From NCBI RefSeq assembly GCF_963676685.1, contig NC_092357.1, positions 23,808,001 through 23,872,000 of the forward strand: a stretch of 64,000 nucleotides of DNA, read 5' to 3'. The position numbers and the translations under genes were made by a program. The notes below the pieces were generated by a model that was not told where the DNA came from, ran no database searches, and worked only from the letters and a program-made list of their open reading frames with translations. Of the stretch, positions 1 through 14,511 are shown piece after piece. Source of the DNA: Mytilus edulis. Lineage: Eukaryota. Each line of letters starts with the position of its first letter. Position 1 is the stretch's first letter.

Positions 1-7
1 TGCTTAC

Positions 8-63
8 TTCACTTTTCTTTAATGGAATTCAATCCCAATCAATTGTATCGTTTGTTTTAATCC
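8..63 (-). pseudogene. Exon completing the second ubiquitin-like domain of the minus-strand UBL gene; contains an in-frame TGA
   Basis: Acceptor gtatcttcag then GG ATT AAA ACA AAC GAT ACA ATT GAT TGG GAT TGA. Phase 1 joins the 5124-5324 exon to give VIG|IKTNDTIDWD*, paralleling TYG|IKENSNLH of domain 1. TGA at 29-31; the reading continues to a GAA|GTAAGC donor at 7. Confidence 0.55.
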
Positions 64-3000
64 CTGAAGATACAAAAAACATTAATACATAGATGGAAGT
101 GAGATTAACCAAAATTGATACTTTTCTTATTGTAGCTGGTATTGATATTATCTAATAGACAAATCAAAGGTGTCAATATCACCAATGCCTCTCAGATTGA
201 GTCAAAGTGTTGCATAAACCAAAAATCCATGTGTTTTCTTCTTCTTCTATACGTATTTAACTCAAATTATGGAACACCTTCTCATTGGAATTATTGCCAG
301 ATAAGGAGTTTTAAAAGTTTGTCGCATACATAAACGTTTCTAGTAAATTAGAATTATATACACTAAAATCCAAAGTTCACGGATTAGAATATAAACGAAA
401 AAACAGGACGAGATCACACAAGATACAATAAAAATAAAAGGGGCATCCCTGCCTCTTCCTTATCACATATGCACAAACAGCTCATATCACAAATGTTCAA
501 TATATATAATTCTATGTACAGGTGTATTAATATCGGACATGTTTACATGTTTATAAATGACTACGCTTAACGTAGCACAAAACAAAGATTTTTTAACTTC
601 CAATCACTATTCTTTAAAATGGTGTAACTTTCTTATGAATGCCTAAAAAACAATAAAAGAGGTATAATAAGATAGATAAAATTTTATTCTTTTAAATGGA
701 TGCAAATTTTTTATTATGCAGTTATTATGAAATCAATTATTACGTAATTAGTGGCAAAATCTCGGTCAGTTCACTTGAATGAATTTAGCTCTGTCATCTC
801 TTTAACTATACAGAATTTTTTAACGAAATCTTGATCAACACATCATGGGCTTCAAAAGCGTGTCTCAAATTTTCCCTATGGTATTTCATTCTGTCATAAA
901 TCTCAAATTAGTGTAAACATTTTTACCACATAAAAGAGGATAATGTTCAATTAGGTGTAAAATTGTTCTATACATTCTATCTGAAATTTGAAGAATTTTG
1001 TAGAAAATGGCCATAGGAACAACATTTAATAAAATCAAACCTCTAGGAATACCTATGCAGAAGCTAATTTAAATTGAAAGTGGAAAGTTGGTGAAAAATA
1101 TTTAAGACACAGTTAACATTATAATTGGATACATAATTGTTGCATAATACTAATATTGCATTAATTTGAAAGAGTAATCTGTTAGCTATCCATAACTCCC
1201 ACTTTTTGTAAATTTTCAAGCATTATTAAGAAAGATACAGCATTTTAAAACTTGGGAGTTGGAGTTTTAAAATCTTTGTATTTCGCTACCTTAACCATTA
1301 ATGTTGATTTTGAAAGTTGGAGACTATAAACTAGATGTGTAAAACCTATGGAGGCACTGAATGTATGCAAAGTATTAAAGTTCCAAAGAATTGTTTTCCC
1401 TCCAGAAACTGCATCAAAAACGATTTTCTCGATGTTGTATGTAAAAAAAATCAATTTCACTTCGTATCGAAAAAATGAAACCAAATATGTAAAAATGACT
1501 CAGCTTCAATACGAGCCATTATACATATTCAAGTTTAAGAATGGACAATAGAAAAGAAAACGTTTCCATTACCGACTACGGGAAATCAATTACTCCTGAC
1601 CCATATGAACAATTTGACTTATTGAACATTGCGATTTAAGTATCTTTAAAGGTTGAAAGATGAATTGTTTTAATTTCATTGTCACTCTAACTTCAACTCC
1701 TAATGTCCATACCAATGTTGGTATATATTGTTAAATATATGCTCAGAATATATGGCAAATTGTTGGAACAATATTGTATGTGTTACTTATTATTCATTTA
1801 ATGTTTGTAATTGAGTACATCCGACAAATGTATTTACTCAGCTGATACGTGTTCTTGAAATTTTCGATCGCCGTAAAATGTTTATTTATATTTCGCTGAC
1901 GTGTATGAAAATATTTGCATAGCTGAAAAATTGCCACTAGCGACACATAATGCGTTAGAGCAGTGGAAGCTAAAATAGTCGCAATGAAATAAGTAAGTTA
2001 GTATGGGCTCTGATTATAAGTTTTGTTTATACTGCAACATTTACTACAGCAATGTCTGCATATTAGATATATATAAATACCAGTTGAAAGGTCCCTTTTT
2101 TTCTTTTCGTTTTACTTGAAAAGTAACTGATATTGATTTTGTTCAACCCTATAGTTTTAAAACTGTTATCGTTCGGCAAATTATAAAAAAAGTCTAAGAA
2201 TACAGACATAATCAATCTTTAAAAACACTTATTCATCATTCACGAATCCGATCACAAAAAAAAGACAATAAATATGTTCAACATGTGTTCTTCTCGGATA
2301 GAAGTGGCAACTCCAATGGACAATGATCAATAACACTAATAGGTAAATTTTGGTACGGAGTATGATAAAACTGGATAACTAATAAGAAAAACGATAGCAT
2401 ACTCATTTTTTACAATGTATTTTTTATAAATTCTAATTGTATTCATTTGCTGACCGTACTAATTGAAACAGTGGCGAGCATGTGCACGGTATTGTGACTA
2501 TGTATTTAACCGGACAAAATAGCTTATTGTAGCTCATTAAATGATGCAATTTCTACCTGTCAAATGCAATTAAGCTATTTCCAAATATGGCAAATTGACT
2601 TAAAATGAAAAAAAAAATGTTCATGTTTTTAAAAATATATTCGAAAGGCAACAACATCATAATATTTAAGAGTCCTGAATTGATTTTTAAATATAAAAAA
2701 AAATACACAATGGCAACTTTATTAATAAACACATTTTAGAGTGTTTCACTATTGAGCATTATTATATATTTTGGCATATAGATACGTCGATTGATACGTG
2801 TTAGGTAAATGACAAGTTTGAGGAATTGGTCACGATTTTGGAGGGGGTTAAGAGTTACAAATATGTGATTATAATTTTTACTGTCGATTGAATGAACTTA
2901 AATAAAACAACTCATAAACAAAATGTTGACAAAAACACACTAAGTTTTCGTGAATGGTTTCGGTTTGTCATTGACATAACATGCGTCTGTATATTTTACA

Positions 3001-5123
3001 TCAATTGATGAAGCATATAACCAACTAACAATAAAAATTACATTCTAAATCAGAAAACAGTATACTGCATAACATCAACAACAACTAATACAACAACAAT
3101 AAAAAAAAAAAAAACACTATACTTTACTGTTCCGATTCATCTATCGCAGGTTGTACTTGTTTGACTTTCTTTACTATTTTAATATAAGCGTCATTGATGA
3201 GACTTAAATAGACAAAACGAACGTATGGTGTTTTAGATTATAAGCCTGGAACCTTTGATTCCTACTGTAATGTTTATTTGTATAATTCGTCCTCCTGAAT
3301 GTTCTTTGTATTTAGGTGTACTGTAGTTCTATTATGAAATAATGTCATGTAAGTGTTATATTCAACATTGTCATTGTTTGATTAACCGCAAATCCAGGTT
3401 CAATCCACCATTTTTTTTTATGTCTTGTACCACATGTACCCAGTCAGGAAATGGCAGTTGTTTTTATAGTTCGTGTATTTGAGTGTTGCATAATCGTTTT
3501 TGTTTTTGTTGCACTTTACTATTTCTGATGTTTCGTTGTTTCTCTTAATGTTTATCCGTTTTAATCTTTGACTCGGATTTGTTTTCTCTCAATCGGCTTA
3601 TGACATTCCAACAGCGGTATACTACTGTTTCCTTTACTAATGACCATACTCTTTTGATATGTAACTAGAACACAGTCAAATCAAATTAAAAATTTGCACC
3701 GTTTCAAACATGAAATAAATGTAACTGCTTATATATAGACCAGTATTATTCTAATAAAATATGCTTCTAGGACAATCCTATCAGTGCCTTTTCTTTTGAG
3801 AGCCTTATTTACATGCCAATGGTAGGATATGAATCATGTATAAATGACTAAGACCGACTAAGGCTTATTTGAGGGGTGGTCGGAGGGGTCCTGATCCCGA
3901 AATCCCAAAATCGAAACATATATTCCCGGATCTCGAAAGGATCAATTCCCAAATCCCGAGCTTTATAAAAAACCGATCCCGATGCCTCGAAAAAGGTCCT
4001 GCCTGCCTCTAATCTCTACCTTATTTTCATTTTTGCCAAATCACTACTAAGTATTTTCCCTTTCAACAATAAATGTGTATGCCCCATTTATGGGCATTAT
4101 GTTTTCTAATCTGTGCATCCGTACGTTCGTTCGTTCGGTCGTCCGTCCGTCTGTCTGTCCCGCCATGATATGGAGAACGCTCTTATTTATTTTTCATTTT
4201 TGTTATCCATCATACGATTGGTTGTACTTGTGTCACATTTTACTTTTTTGAATATATATGCAACTGGTATGACCCCTTAAATAGTAAACATTCAAAGAAA
4301 ACAGTGGAAAGAATACAGAGAGTCTCGATTTATATATTCAAGTAGTATAATCGTAGTTTACATGTAGATAGACGCGAAAAAAAATATTGCTCTCTATAAG
4401 GAGGTATAAAAGGTGTGGTGCTTGCGATCCAAACACCATGATATGAAGAACGCTCTGATTGGCTTATTTATTTTTCATTTTTTGTTATCTATCATACCAT
4501 TGGTTGAATTTGTGCATGTTTAAAACCGGAAGTCGTATCTATGACTAAAAGTCAGTCCGATGACGGAATCATATCCGGACTCCTTTTTTTGTAGTTTTTC
4601 TCCCAAAATAACTCAATCTGAATAATCATAAGAATGGATGACAAATGCGACTATGCATGTTACCTATAGAACACAAAGGCATGATGATTGATTAACTGTG
4701 GAAGGAAGAGAAGCGACACACAAAATGAGGTCTTCTCGTTTAATAATATAGATGACAGCGTTAAACACTATCAAATCAACTGTGTATAGTATATTCAGTA
4801 TATGTTATTTAGTAACATCATAAACAGGAATTATCCGAGATAATCCAAGTATAAACTGTGAGGCATTTGAAAGCAGGAACATAATAATATTTGTTTTTGT
4901 CCCTTGTTTGTAGGTGTAAATAGGAGAATAGAACGTTTTATCTCACTCGAACTTCTCTGAAGAAAAAAATATGATAACACAACTGAACAAAAGAATTTTT
5001 ATCTACAATTTACTTTGTCATTAACTATAAAAATATAGAGATGCATTAAAATCGCATGTTATGGAAAGAGGCAGTCAATATAAGCATTTGAGTAATTGTG
5101 TACTATATAATACAGTTATTTAC

Positions 5124-5324
5124 CAATGACTTCAAAACACTCAAAGTTTTTCAGTGTAACACCACGAAACATCACAGTGATATCACTCGTCAAGGAACCG
5201 CCTAGTTTATTCCGAATCAACAATTTCAAATCTATTACTCTCTGTAAAGGCAATATTTCTATCAATCGTATTATATTACTCGTAACATGCCTTATCCAGA
5301 CTACTGTTGGCATATTTCCTTCCA
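5124..5324 (-). CDS. Exon encoding most of ubiquitin-like domain 2
   Basis: tttttag acceptor and G|GTAAAT donor, phase 1/1. Translation VEGNMPTVVWIRHV...RVIDLKLLIRNKLGG...ITVMFRGVTLKNFECFEVIG fits the ubiquitin-fold pattern. Confidence 0.7.
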
Positions 5325-6808
5325 CTAAAAAGTAAAAAGTATGTCAAAGTTAAGTGCTTAGTATTGTTTTTTGTTTTGTTTTCTCTCTTTCTCTCTCTTG
5401 AATTGACGTTTACCATTTTTGTGCCGTGTAAAAACGGGAAAAAAGGACATCCTTATGCTGTCAAGGTTAAGAACGTCTTTGAACATCTTCCAATCGTTGT
5501 TCCTTAAATATCCTCATACCGCTACACTTAACTCTCCTTATCCCTAGTGTAGTTCAACATGTAAAAAGGCAATCAGAACACAATTGCTCCAAAGGCACAT
5601 CGTGGAAAATAGCCAGTAAAAATCCGGTCAAACCTTACCAGATCGCAAAAATTGACGCCGAACGGATAAGTTTTTAAAAACCGTTTACGTCGTTTAAGTT
5701 TCAGTTTCGTTTGAGTTTTGTATCCGTTATCCGAAAATGCCTGTACCAAGTCAGGAATATGACAGTTCATTCGTTTTTGATGCGTTTTGTTATTTGATTT
5801 TGCTTTGAGATTATGGACTTTCCGAATTGATTTTCCTCTGAGTTTACTATTTTTGTTATTTTACTTTTTTCTCGTTTGTAATAAACCTGTTGGTGGTCCG
5901 GACTTCAAGAGGAATTGATAAAATGGTTAATTAACGGATGTGAAACGGGCATGTCCTTAAAGATAACAGATGAAACGGATACGTATATATACTAAATGTA
6001 AAACGGATAAATGCCAATCTAAAATGTTGTGTCACAAATGCTCAATGTTTTGGTGATATTAGACTTCTGAATCATGGTTAGATTACAGAATAGTCATTTT
6101 TCTGTCACATTTTTCCCTCTTCCCTTTACACACTACCATTTGGCGGCTTTTGATTAAAATAAAGTCAGATACACGTAAACTTTTAGGTTATTTAAGTATT
6201 TACATGCATTATATTTGCTGACTCTATTTTTCGCTTATCTTGTTCTTCCGTTTTATCCGGTATGCTTCCGCTAGGTGTCAATATCATGCCGTACTCGTCC
6301 GTTCGATGAACGATTGGCATCTGGTTTTTTCGGTACGTTCCGTTTCTCGTTTGATGTAGATTCTGTGTGTGTCCGTTTGACATTCGTAATTCGTCCGCTT
6401 CTTTTGGTCAGCACTCCAACAGACATCAAACGAATACAATTTTTGTCAACGGAAAATTTTGTTTTTCATCGGTTCGGCGTTTGTTCGAGCTATCCTGTAA
6501 GGTTTGACAGCAGCTTTAGATATACACATGTTAAAGATATTTTTGACATGCATTCTGTAAATAAACGCATATCCGCGGATATTTAATTCAAATTTAGCTC
6601 TTCCTAGCCCATTTCGTGACAATTGAATATTGCGATTTTGAAATTTGCTTGGTGTAGTTGACTAAGGAAAAAAAACATATTACCAACCATTTATATTTGC
6701 GGTATTTTTCTACTTGCAAACGTCACAAAAAGTACAGAAATTAAACGTATGGTACAGTATATGGCCTTTTCAGGAATGACATGTTAAATTTAGGCCCAAA
6801 GTATTTAC

Positions 6809-6859
6809 CTGATGCAATGTCTTGTGCTGTCATGTGCAGATTTGAATTTTCTTTAATTC
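6809..6859 (-). CDS. 51-nt exon completing ubiquitin-like domain 1 (GIKENSNLHMTAQDIAS)
   Basis: ctttgtag acceptor and CAG|GTAAAT donor, phase 1/1. Gives TYG|IKENSNLHM, matching ubiquitin DYNIQKESTLHL. Confidence 0.8.
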
Positions 6860-8038
6860 CTACAAAGATGAATACATTACTGATGGTATTTAGCCCATAG
6901 CCTCCATAAAGAAACAAGTCGATTATTAATCAAATTTGCACAAATCTATCTTATCTACTAATTTTAAAACTGCATTGCTGTACATCTTATGTTTGGAAAC
7001 AACTGTGAGAAACCATTCGAAACAAATACCAAAAGCTATCATCTCGAATATTATCATGCAAATACTTCAAAGCACGCAATCAATTGTGGTATCTGAACCT
7101 AAGTGTAAATATGTTCATTAAATGGAACAAAACATGCAATGCCATGGAATGTTTCTTTGCAACAGCATGTTGTAGGATTAATAGTACTGGTAATCTAGTG
7201 TGTTATGTCTTTTGTTATTTGGGTTAATACAACTTAAATTCTTCATATTTGTCGTATGATTGTTCTTAGCTTTACGTTATATTCCGCCAGTCAATACCAA
7301 ACCAAGAAAAGCTACATTTACCTTTCGTATCATTTCTATCGCAGTTAACAAGATATATTTCATAAAATTGATTTTACGAATTTTCAATCACCTAAACCAT
7401 CCCCATTTCTTGTTACAAGACTTTAATTAACTATTGATTACAAGTTGTTAGAATAAGGTAAAAAACAGTAAAGTCCATGATATATTAACACTTATTTGAT
7501 GGTTGTAGAAATCTAGTGAAAAATAGCAAAGAAATTTGTCAATTTAATCGTTTTCGTTTCCTTTGTGTGAGTGTTTATTGAAAAATAGTTAAACCATTTC
7601 CACGATAAGTTTGCCACATTTTATAAAGCTTATTGTGCAGACTCCAAGTTAGAATAAGCATTGTCGCATTGACTTTTGTTACTGCTTGGTAATATTGAAT
7701 TATATTTTTGTTTGCAGTGACATTGAATTTTACGACATTTCGGACTAATTTGCGTAGGCCTAATGTACAGGTTCCTTTGTCAATTTGAAATTATGACGTT
7801 CAACTTTGTTCACTGCCTGTGTTTTACAAGTTATAGTCTGCTGTCCGATTGTCCGAAACACTTAAAACTTAGAACTACAGTTTATGTTAGCAAACTATTA
7901 ATATGATCAATACAAAAACCGTGACAAAATTTAACGATACGGTCATGTCTTGTAACTTAATTCATAGACTTATTTATTTGAGTTAGGTGTTAATATTTTC
8001 AATAGTCGTTTTTAACCTTTGAAGCACGCACTACATAC

Positions 8039-8251
8039 CATAAGTTACCACTGATACATGGTTTTGTAAAATATATCCCCCGTAAATCAACTTTTGACTA
8101 CTAATTGGGACCCCTGATAGAATTTGTAATCTCTCTTTTATTTCAATTACTGTCGTTAATCGAAATAGATCCACTTCAAAATATGTTCCTTTTATATCCC
8201 TAACAAACACACATTTTGGAGTCAATAATTCTGTTCTGCCATCATCGGTTG
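8039..8251 (-). CDS. Exon encoding most of ubiquitin-like domain 1
   Basis: cttttgcag acceptor and G|GTATGT donor. VFVRDIKGTYFEVDL...TVIEIKERLQILSGVPISSQKLIYGGYILQN resembles ubiquitin IFVKTLTG...[31 protein letters not shown]. Confidence 0.85.
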
Positions 8252-8744
8252 CTGCAAAAGAATAGGAATTAAGGCAAATTGTTTCTAAAAAATATATAGG
8301 TAAGAGTCAATTTCAAAAACAAAGAAAATATATTTTAATTTTTATTGTTATCATTCGGTGTGATTAACAGAGTGAAACATGAAACACAATAACGATGTCG
8401 ACGTTCAGCCTCCAAATGTAGTACAGTGCACTTATATTACCAGATGTTAAAGATTTCATTTAGAAAATAATGTGTAATGGCCATTAATTTATTACTTTTC
8501 CTGTGCCTTTGTTTTTTCAGGAGACATTTTTTTGTTCTATATGCAATCTTATGTATCCCTCATTTTTTAAACTATTTATATTTTATAACCTAGTATTGTA
8601 TTTAGATCTGTACCATGTGACTTTGGTCTTTATCAATAAATAACTTCCTCAAGTTGAAGATTAAAACATGTACATTGTATAAAATATGTAGATGATCTAG
8701 TCTTTCCCGTCTTTGATCGAAAATGTTATCCTAAAAACTGCTTC

Positions 8745-11700
8745 TAGTGGGACGGCTTAGTACCGATATTTGACAAAATCATGCAAATTGTGATACAAGC
8801 AAAAACTTGGCATAGAGGTTCATTAGGAAGTACTTTATCATATTAGAGTGGTAGCCAACATGTTTTCGATTTTTTTCACGGCGGCAATCTTGAATTCAAA
8901 ATTGACATCATTTTGCTCAATCTTTGAAATTGAAAAACTGTCCTAACCATTTTCACCGCTATATATGTCATGAAAACTATTTGAAACACAATAAAATGAT
9001 ATAAAAAAATGTCAAACAGACAACAATTGTAAAAAAAAAATCACCACTTCTGGTTTGGGCCGAAAAAGTTCGTACACTCGAGTGAAATAATAGTGGTATA
9101 GATATAAGATAAAAATGTCCGTTTGGTATATCGATAATTATGTTAGACATACTGGAGGATTGATCAGTGTTATAATCTACGATATTTTCCGATGTATTCC
9201 GTTTTAACAGCTACATGAACACAATGTTGTACAGTACAGGTCAAGCCAGCTTTGTAACACTTACATCTACAAGAAAAAGTTGTTTTGCAGCCACATTTAT
9301 GTAACTCCTGACAAGATGCAGCAATTGCTGCTAATTGTGTCCAATGAGGAATCCACATTCCATCTACGTTCTCTTTAACCCATCCCCAATCACCTGGACT
9401 AGGTAGATGTTGATCATGCATGACTGCCTGTTCCCATACATGGCCACCTTGGTATGTAGCTCGATTGGTATACTCAAGCATTTCAGCTCTAGTTGGTGGA
9501 ATGGTGTCATACTGTCTTTGTTTGCGTGCAAACAGTTCAAGTCTGGATTCTTTAATGTCAAATGTTGTTGTAGTTCTGTCGTACATAACCCCAACAAATG
9601 CCTCTATCAACTCCATATCAGCGTCACTGACCAATTCAGGTTTCTTACTTATCATTCAAAAACCTCAGTTACATCATCAAATATTTCCCACGTCTGCCAT
9701 GCCGCACATAACCACAACAAATGCCTCTATCAACTCCACATCAGCGTCACTGACCAATTCATGTTTCTTACTTAATCGTTCAAAAACCTCGGTTACATCA
9801 TCAAATATTTCCCACGTCTGCCATGCCGATTTCTTGCCCTTTCCATGAAAAGCGGCGACCATGTCACATCCAGTAAAAGCATGAAAAAAGGAAAAGCTTC
9901 TGATTTAGGACCGAGAGCATGACTAATTTCGTGAATCGGAAGCCATCGCAGGTCCTTTCCTTTTCCAAAGGCACCGCAAAAACCACTACATCAGTGTTTG
10001 AGCTGATTATCAGTTGCACTTTTGATATGAACAAATATTCTTGTGTCTGCTTTCTTATGATTACACGGACTGAGATCATCATGGTCATCATCAGAATTTG
10101 TCATAACAATTTCGCCTTTTGTCACAAAAATAATTTTGTCAGTTTGAATCGAGCAAATTTTGTCGGCAAGGAAATATAACAATTCCGTTTTGTTTTCGTC
10201 CATTCGAAGGAAGCTTGACCAAGCTTTCGGAGTCTTACTGGTGTCGACAACTTTCCTCCTGGATCCAGTACCCCTCGCTTTACGTGTTTGTGCTTTTAGA
10301 CTCTTTTCTATGTAAATATCATAGATAACATCTTCTCTGACATGTTTTGAAGTAAGGTGTATAATGTACGGCAAAATCACATTTTTTGCGTATTCATCGA
10401 AGGTGTATTTTCAACGCGGTGGTCTTGAATTGACCATAGCCGCGGCATCAACAACTACCATGTCTGTCTGAGGTTCTTCTCTTGGTAAATCTCCCTTAGC
10501 TTCTAGGATATGCATTAGCTGTGATTTGACGCCAATATTGATTTTTCCACTTTGAGATAAAGATGGAGACAATTTCTGACGTTCGTGGCTGAAAAACTCT
10601 TGCTTGTCGCATTGTCTGCTTTGACAGGATATGAAAAGCCTAGAAAACAAACTGCAGTCTTCTTGGGCGAGGTCAAGCTTGCTTTTTGTATCACATGAAC
10701 TTTTCTTTGGTTGGCGACTGAACAACAGAAACTTATTTTTCTTGATAGGCTCATAGATGCTTGCCGTGTTCTGTATTCTGTTTCTGAAGTCAGCATACTG
10801 ATTGCATCCAATTTGTTTAATTTATGACTGATTCCCTGCGCGCCTGCTCGTACAATATCTTTACTGTCTATCTTGTAAATATTTTCAGAATCCTCAAGAA
10901 ATGGATTTCCATAATCATTCGTGACAGTCTTAAGACTTCTCACTTTGTCAATGAAATCTTTTTGCATAGACATAGAATTGTCTATCATCTGTGTTCTTTC
11001 TTCTAGACGAATATTCCTCGAACTGGCTTATCAGTCTACTAATTTCTGGCCAGGCTACCATCCACTGCGCAAAGCGGCGAGATCCTCGGTCAGCCCTACA
11101 GCACCACCATCACCTTTAACAATAGCGTTATTCTGTTCATGAGCCTGGTCTATCGCCATGTGTGAGAAAACACGATTTGATTTTTTAACACTGAAATGCC
11201 CTTTAATAAATATCTCTGTAAATATCTGGGTTTTTTGTTTCTAATGAAGCCATATCGCGAAGATGAATAGGAAGCCATCTAGCATAGTTGATATGATGTA
11301 GTCCAAAAAGGTATGGGATCAAGGAAGACAACGTTTGTTATAAATCTCAAAATCCGCTTCTCGTAATGATCGAATGTACAAAAAAACCAACAGCTGAATT
11401 TCAAGAACCAAATACCAAAACTCAAAATGAGGTCTACCTACTTTTCTTTCTTCACACCATTGTATAAAATTGTCAAATTCTATTGATTCATCAGGATCTT
11501 CGTTATTAGAAGATTCATAAGCAGACATCAGTAAATCAAACAATACACATGCGGTTACTTGATGTGCTAGTTTAGTTTTAGGAGTATTAAAACTTGACAA
11601 GAACGATTCTGCAGTGCCAGAGGATGCAACATCTGCTTCTGATAAAGCCTCTATCCAACCGCTATCCCGCAATAGATCACCCAAAATCTTAAAGCATGCC

Positions 11701-14511
11701 ATCTCAATATGTAATCCACCGAACATAACAACGAATTTGTTTTCACCGTATTCATTTGGCCATTCCCATTGAATTTGCTTTGCCAAAACAAATAGCGGTT
11801 GGTCTGCTGTAATCACTGGAGTTTTGCCAGGACTCATAAACGACACAACATCCCTGACCTTATCCATCGAATGTTTTATGGTATCAACTGAGTGAGCTTG
11901 ATCTTGAAATAATGGCATTAAGCAGCTTAGACTCACTTCAACAGTTGGTCCACGTCTCTCTGAAGAATGAAATGATGACCATGAAATATTTTCGGACGTA
12001 ACATCTTCACTTGTTAACCTAACCCTATTTAACCACTCATACTCATTTTGCAAACTCATGAACAGATAATCGTGGTTAAGTATATTAGTAATATCGTCAG
12101 GCAGAATGAGAGGTTCTGGTTTTGTTTTAAGATATGCAGGTTTCATATTCATATAAGCAGCAGAGAGCTCAGGTATCTTTTTAGATTTTGGTTTATGTGT
12201 AGGTAATATTAAATCATCCCTTCTAACGCCGATATTATCTTTCAATGGATGTTGAAAATAGAGATTCCGGTCCCATGAAAGGATGATTTTGATGTTGTTG
12301 AGCTTGGGTTGTGATTTATGTTTTCGACTACAGCTGTGGTACACTTTGATAAGGGCGGGCATACCATGCCTTCATTTAAATAACGTTCAACAACATCTTC
12401 ACCTTTACGATCAGCTGAATGTCTTTGTTGCACTGTAACCTTTTGACTGTTTGGGTGATAATTAAACATTAAAAGTTGGACCAGAGCTAAGTCAGACTTT
12501 GTAGAAACGTTGTCTAACTGCGATTTGATATCAGGTCCATGTTCTATCATTTTCACCAACTGTAACAATGGAGGGGGTATGCTATCATCGATATCTTCAG
12601 GGACCAAGGATCCAGAAAATGTTGTCTTCGTTGTGGCTAATTGGCAGCGAATCATTTTGGCCGTCTTTGCCATATGCATGGTGTCATTATAATCACAAGC
12701 AAACGCTATAGCTGGTCCTATATCTTTTTCAAACATCAAAAGTACATCTCTGCCCTTTGTTTGTGCTTTTAATTCTGGAATCTTTTGCAAAAGCTTGTCC
12801 ATGAGACGAGTAGAATGTACCTGTGCAGAAGAAGAACCAAGCTGTGCCAATTTTTCCTCGTACAGGTTTGCCAGGTCTGGTAATCGAAACACAACCGACT
12901 CTTCAGAGTTTCTTTGAGTTTCAAAAATGTATGTGACCAGCTCAGCTAATGCAGTTTCTTTCATTATTGTTTCCTCCTGTGTGCAACTGCTTCCGATCTC
13001 TGTTTTCTCTTCTTTGATCTCTCTCTATTATATACAGCTGCGAGACAAGCCGGGTGATACTTCATCTCTTGTGCTATAACATCACCACTACATGTACTCA
13101 GCTTTGCCAGCAGTTGTTTATCCTGAAGAGTTGTTGCACAATTCACTAGTCGTTGGTTTAGTTTCATTGTCATTGCCTCTCTTAAAACAGATAAAGGTGA
13201 CTCTTTTTCACAAATGAAACATGTATGCACATTTTCAACTGGACTTTGTTGTTGATCTTTAAAACGAGGAGTACACCTAAAAGGTTTAGGAGACGTACAA
13301 TCACTAGAACTTCCAGGTATCGGTGACATATTGCGTTTCTGGGCTCTCTCAAATTTAGTATTATTGAACTTTATCCTACACAAATTATGGTACATTGCAT
13401 TTTCTTTTTTCATTGTGCTTTCAATACCCTCTCCGTGGTTTAACCGCCGAATATCAAGAGGGGTAGGGAGGGCATTTAGTTCAATGTTGTTTGTGTTAGG
13501 AGGTCACAACAGACCTACTGAAATCGTCAGACGAAGGATATTGTTGCCTAATATTGTATATCCTTCGTCTGACGATTTCGGTAGGTCTGTTGTGACCTCC
13601 TGACACAAACAACATTTTGTCCAATCAGTTTCCAAACTATCTGCGAAAGAAGCTGATAAGCGAATTCTTTTTGCCATTTTAAAACATAAGTAACTATCAT
13701 ATAAACAAAAGTAATCAACAATGAACTTATAGAACAATAACGAAAATATTATTTGAGCAATAAATAAATGCAACAGCAAACAAGAACCGAGTGAAACTAA
13801 TCAGCTATTAGAGAAGTGCACGAGGAGTGTTTGTCTGTTACATGAATAACTTTACGCAACATAAAAATTGTCACAGGTAAAATTCTAGAAATTGTATAAA
13901 ATTCAAGATTACTTTTCTAATTATGTTATTTCATGTATTAACAATATTATTATTATAGAATTGTGTTCGTAATAAGGATAGAATTTCATCAAATCAATTT
14001 CCGATCAGAATTACAAATAAAACTTCGTAACTAAAAATATGAACGGTGGATAGACAAGTACCGAGCCACGTCTTATACCAACGAGAACACACACTTTCAA
14101 AAAGGTTAATTAGAACAAAATTGCACCCTCTGTTGGCCTATAACCTATCGAACCTAATGTGTCAATCGAAGATTAGTCGAAGATTTGTGGAATATAACAA
14201 CTGACATTATTCGGGTTATAAAACAGTCATATTCGGGATATTCATAAAACCAGGAGTGGGTTATCGACCTATTTTTGACCGAAAGTGATACTTTATCTTA
14301 TATAACAATGATTTACTCCATTTTGTAACATTTTGGATACAATACAAGTAAAAGGGTCCATAACTATGATGCCTTTTCCCTGTGAATGATCGAATGATTT
14401 TTTTTTTGTGGCTACCCCCTAATATGATTACATACACATAAAGGCATGCTCTTACAAAGTTTCATGTTTGTATCACCATTTACATGAATTGTGTGTTAAG
14501 CTGCTTAACTA
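8745..14511 (-). mobile_element. AcademX DNA transposon, full length but inactivated by frameshifts and stops
   Basis: Ends TAGT...ACTA with a 3-bp TSD TTC (8742-8744, 14512-14514). About 110-bp imperfect TIRs (e.g. ATCATATTAG-GGTAGCCA at both ends). ORF pieces 9170-13680 read in order as Academ transposase (TADQPLF..AKQIQW, FGGLHIEM), XPG-like nuclease (HKKADTR, TDV, FHGKGKKSAW) and a Cys-rich tail (CGCK..CRCKC.KAGLTC). Confidence 0.9.
9170..13677 (-). pseudogene. Fragmented Academ transposase/XPG/Cys8 coding region
   Basis: About ten collinear minus-strand ORF fragments in shifting frames that read as one ~1500-aa protein. Confidence 0.85.

Noticed and set aside
7322-7391. Exon-like segment (AG...AAG|GTAAAT) in the UBL gene
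   Set aside because: Has stops in all three frames, and the flanking exons join correctly without it.
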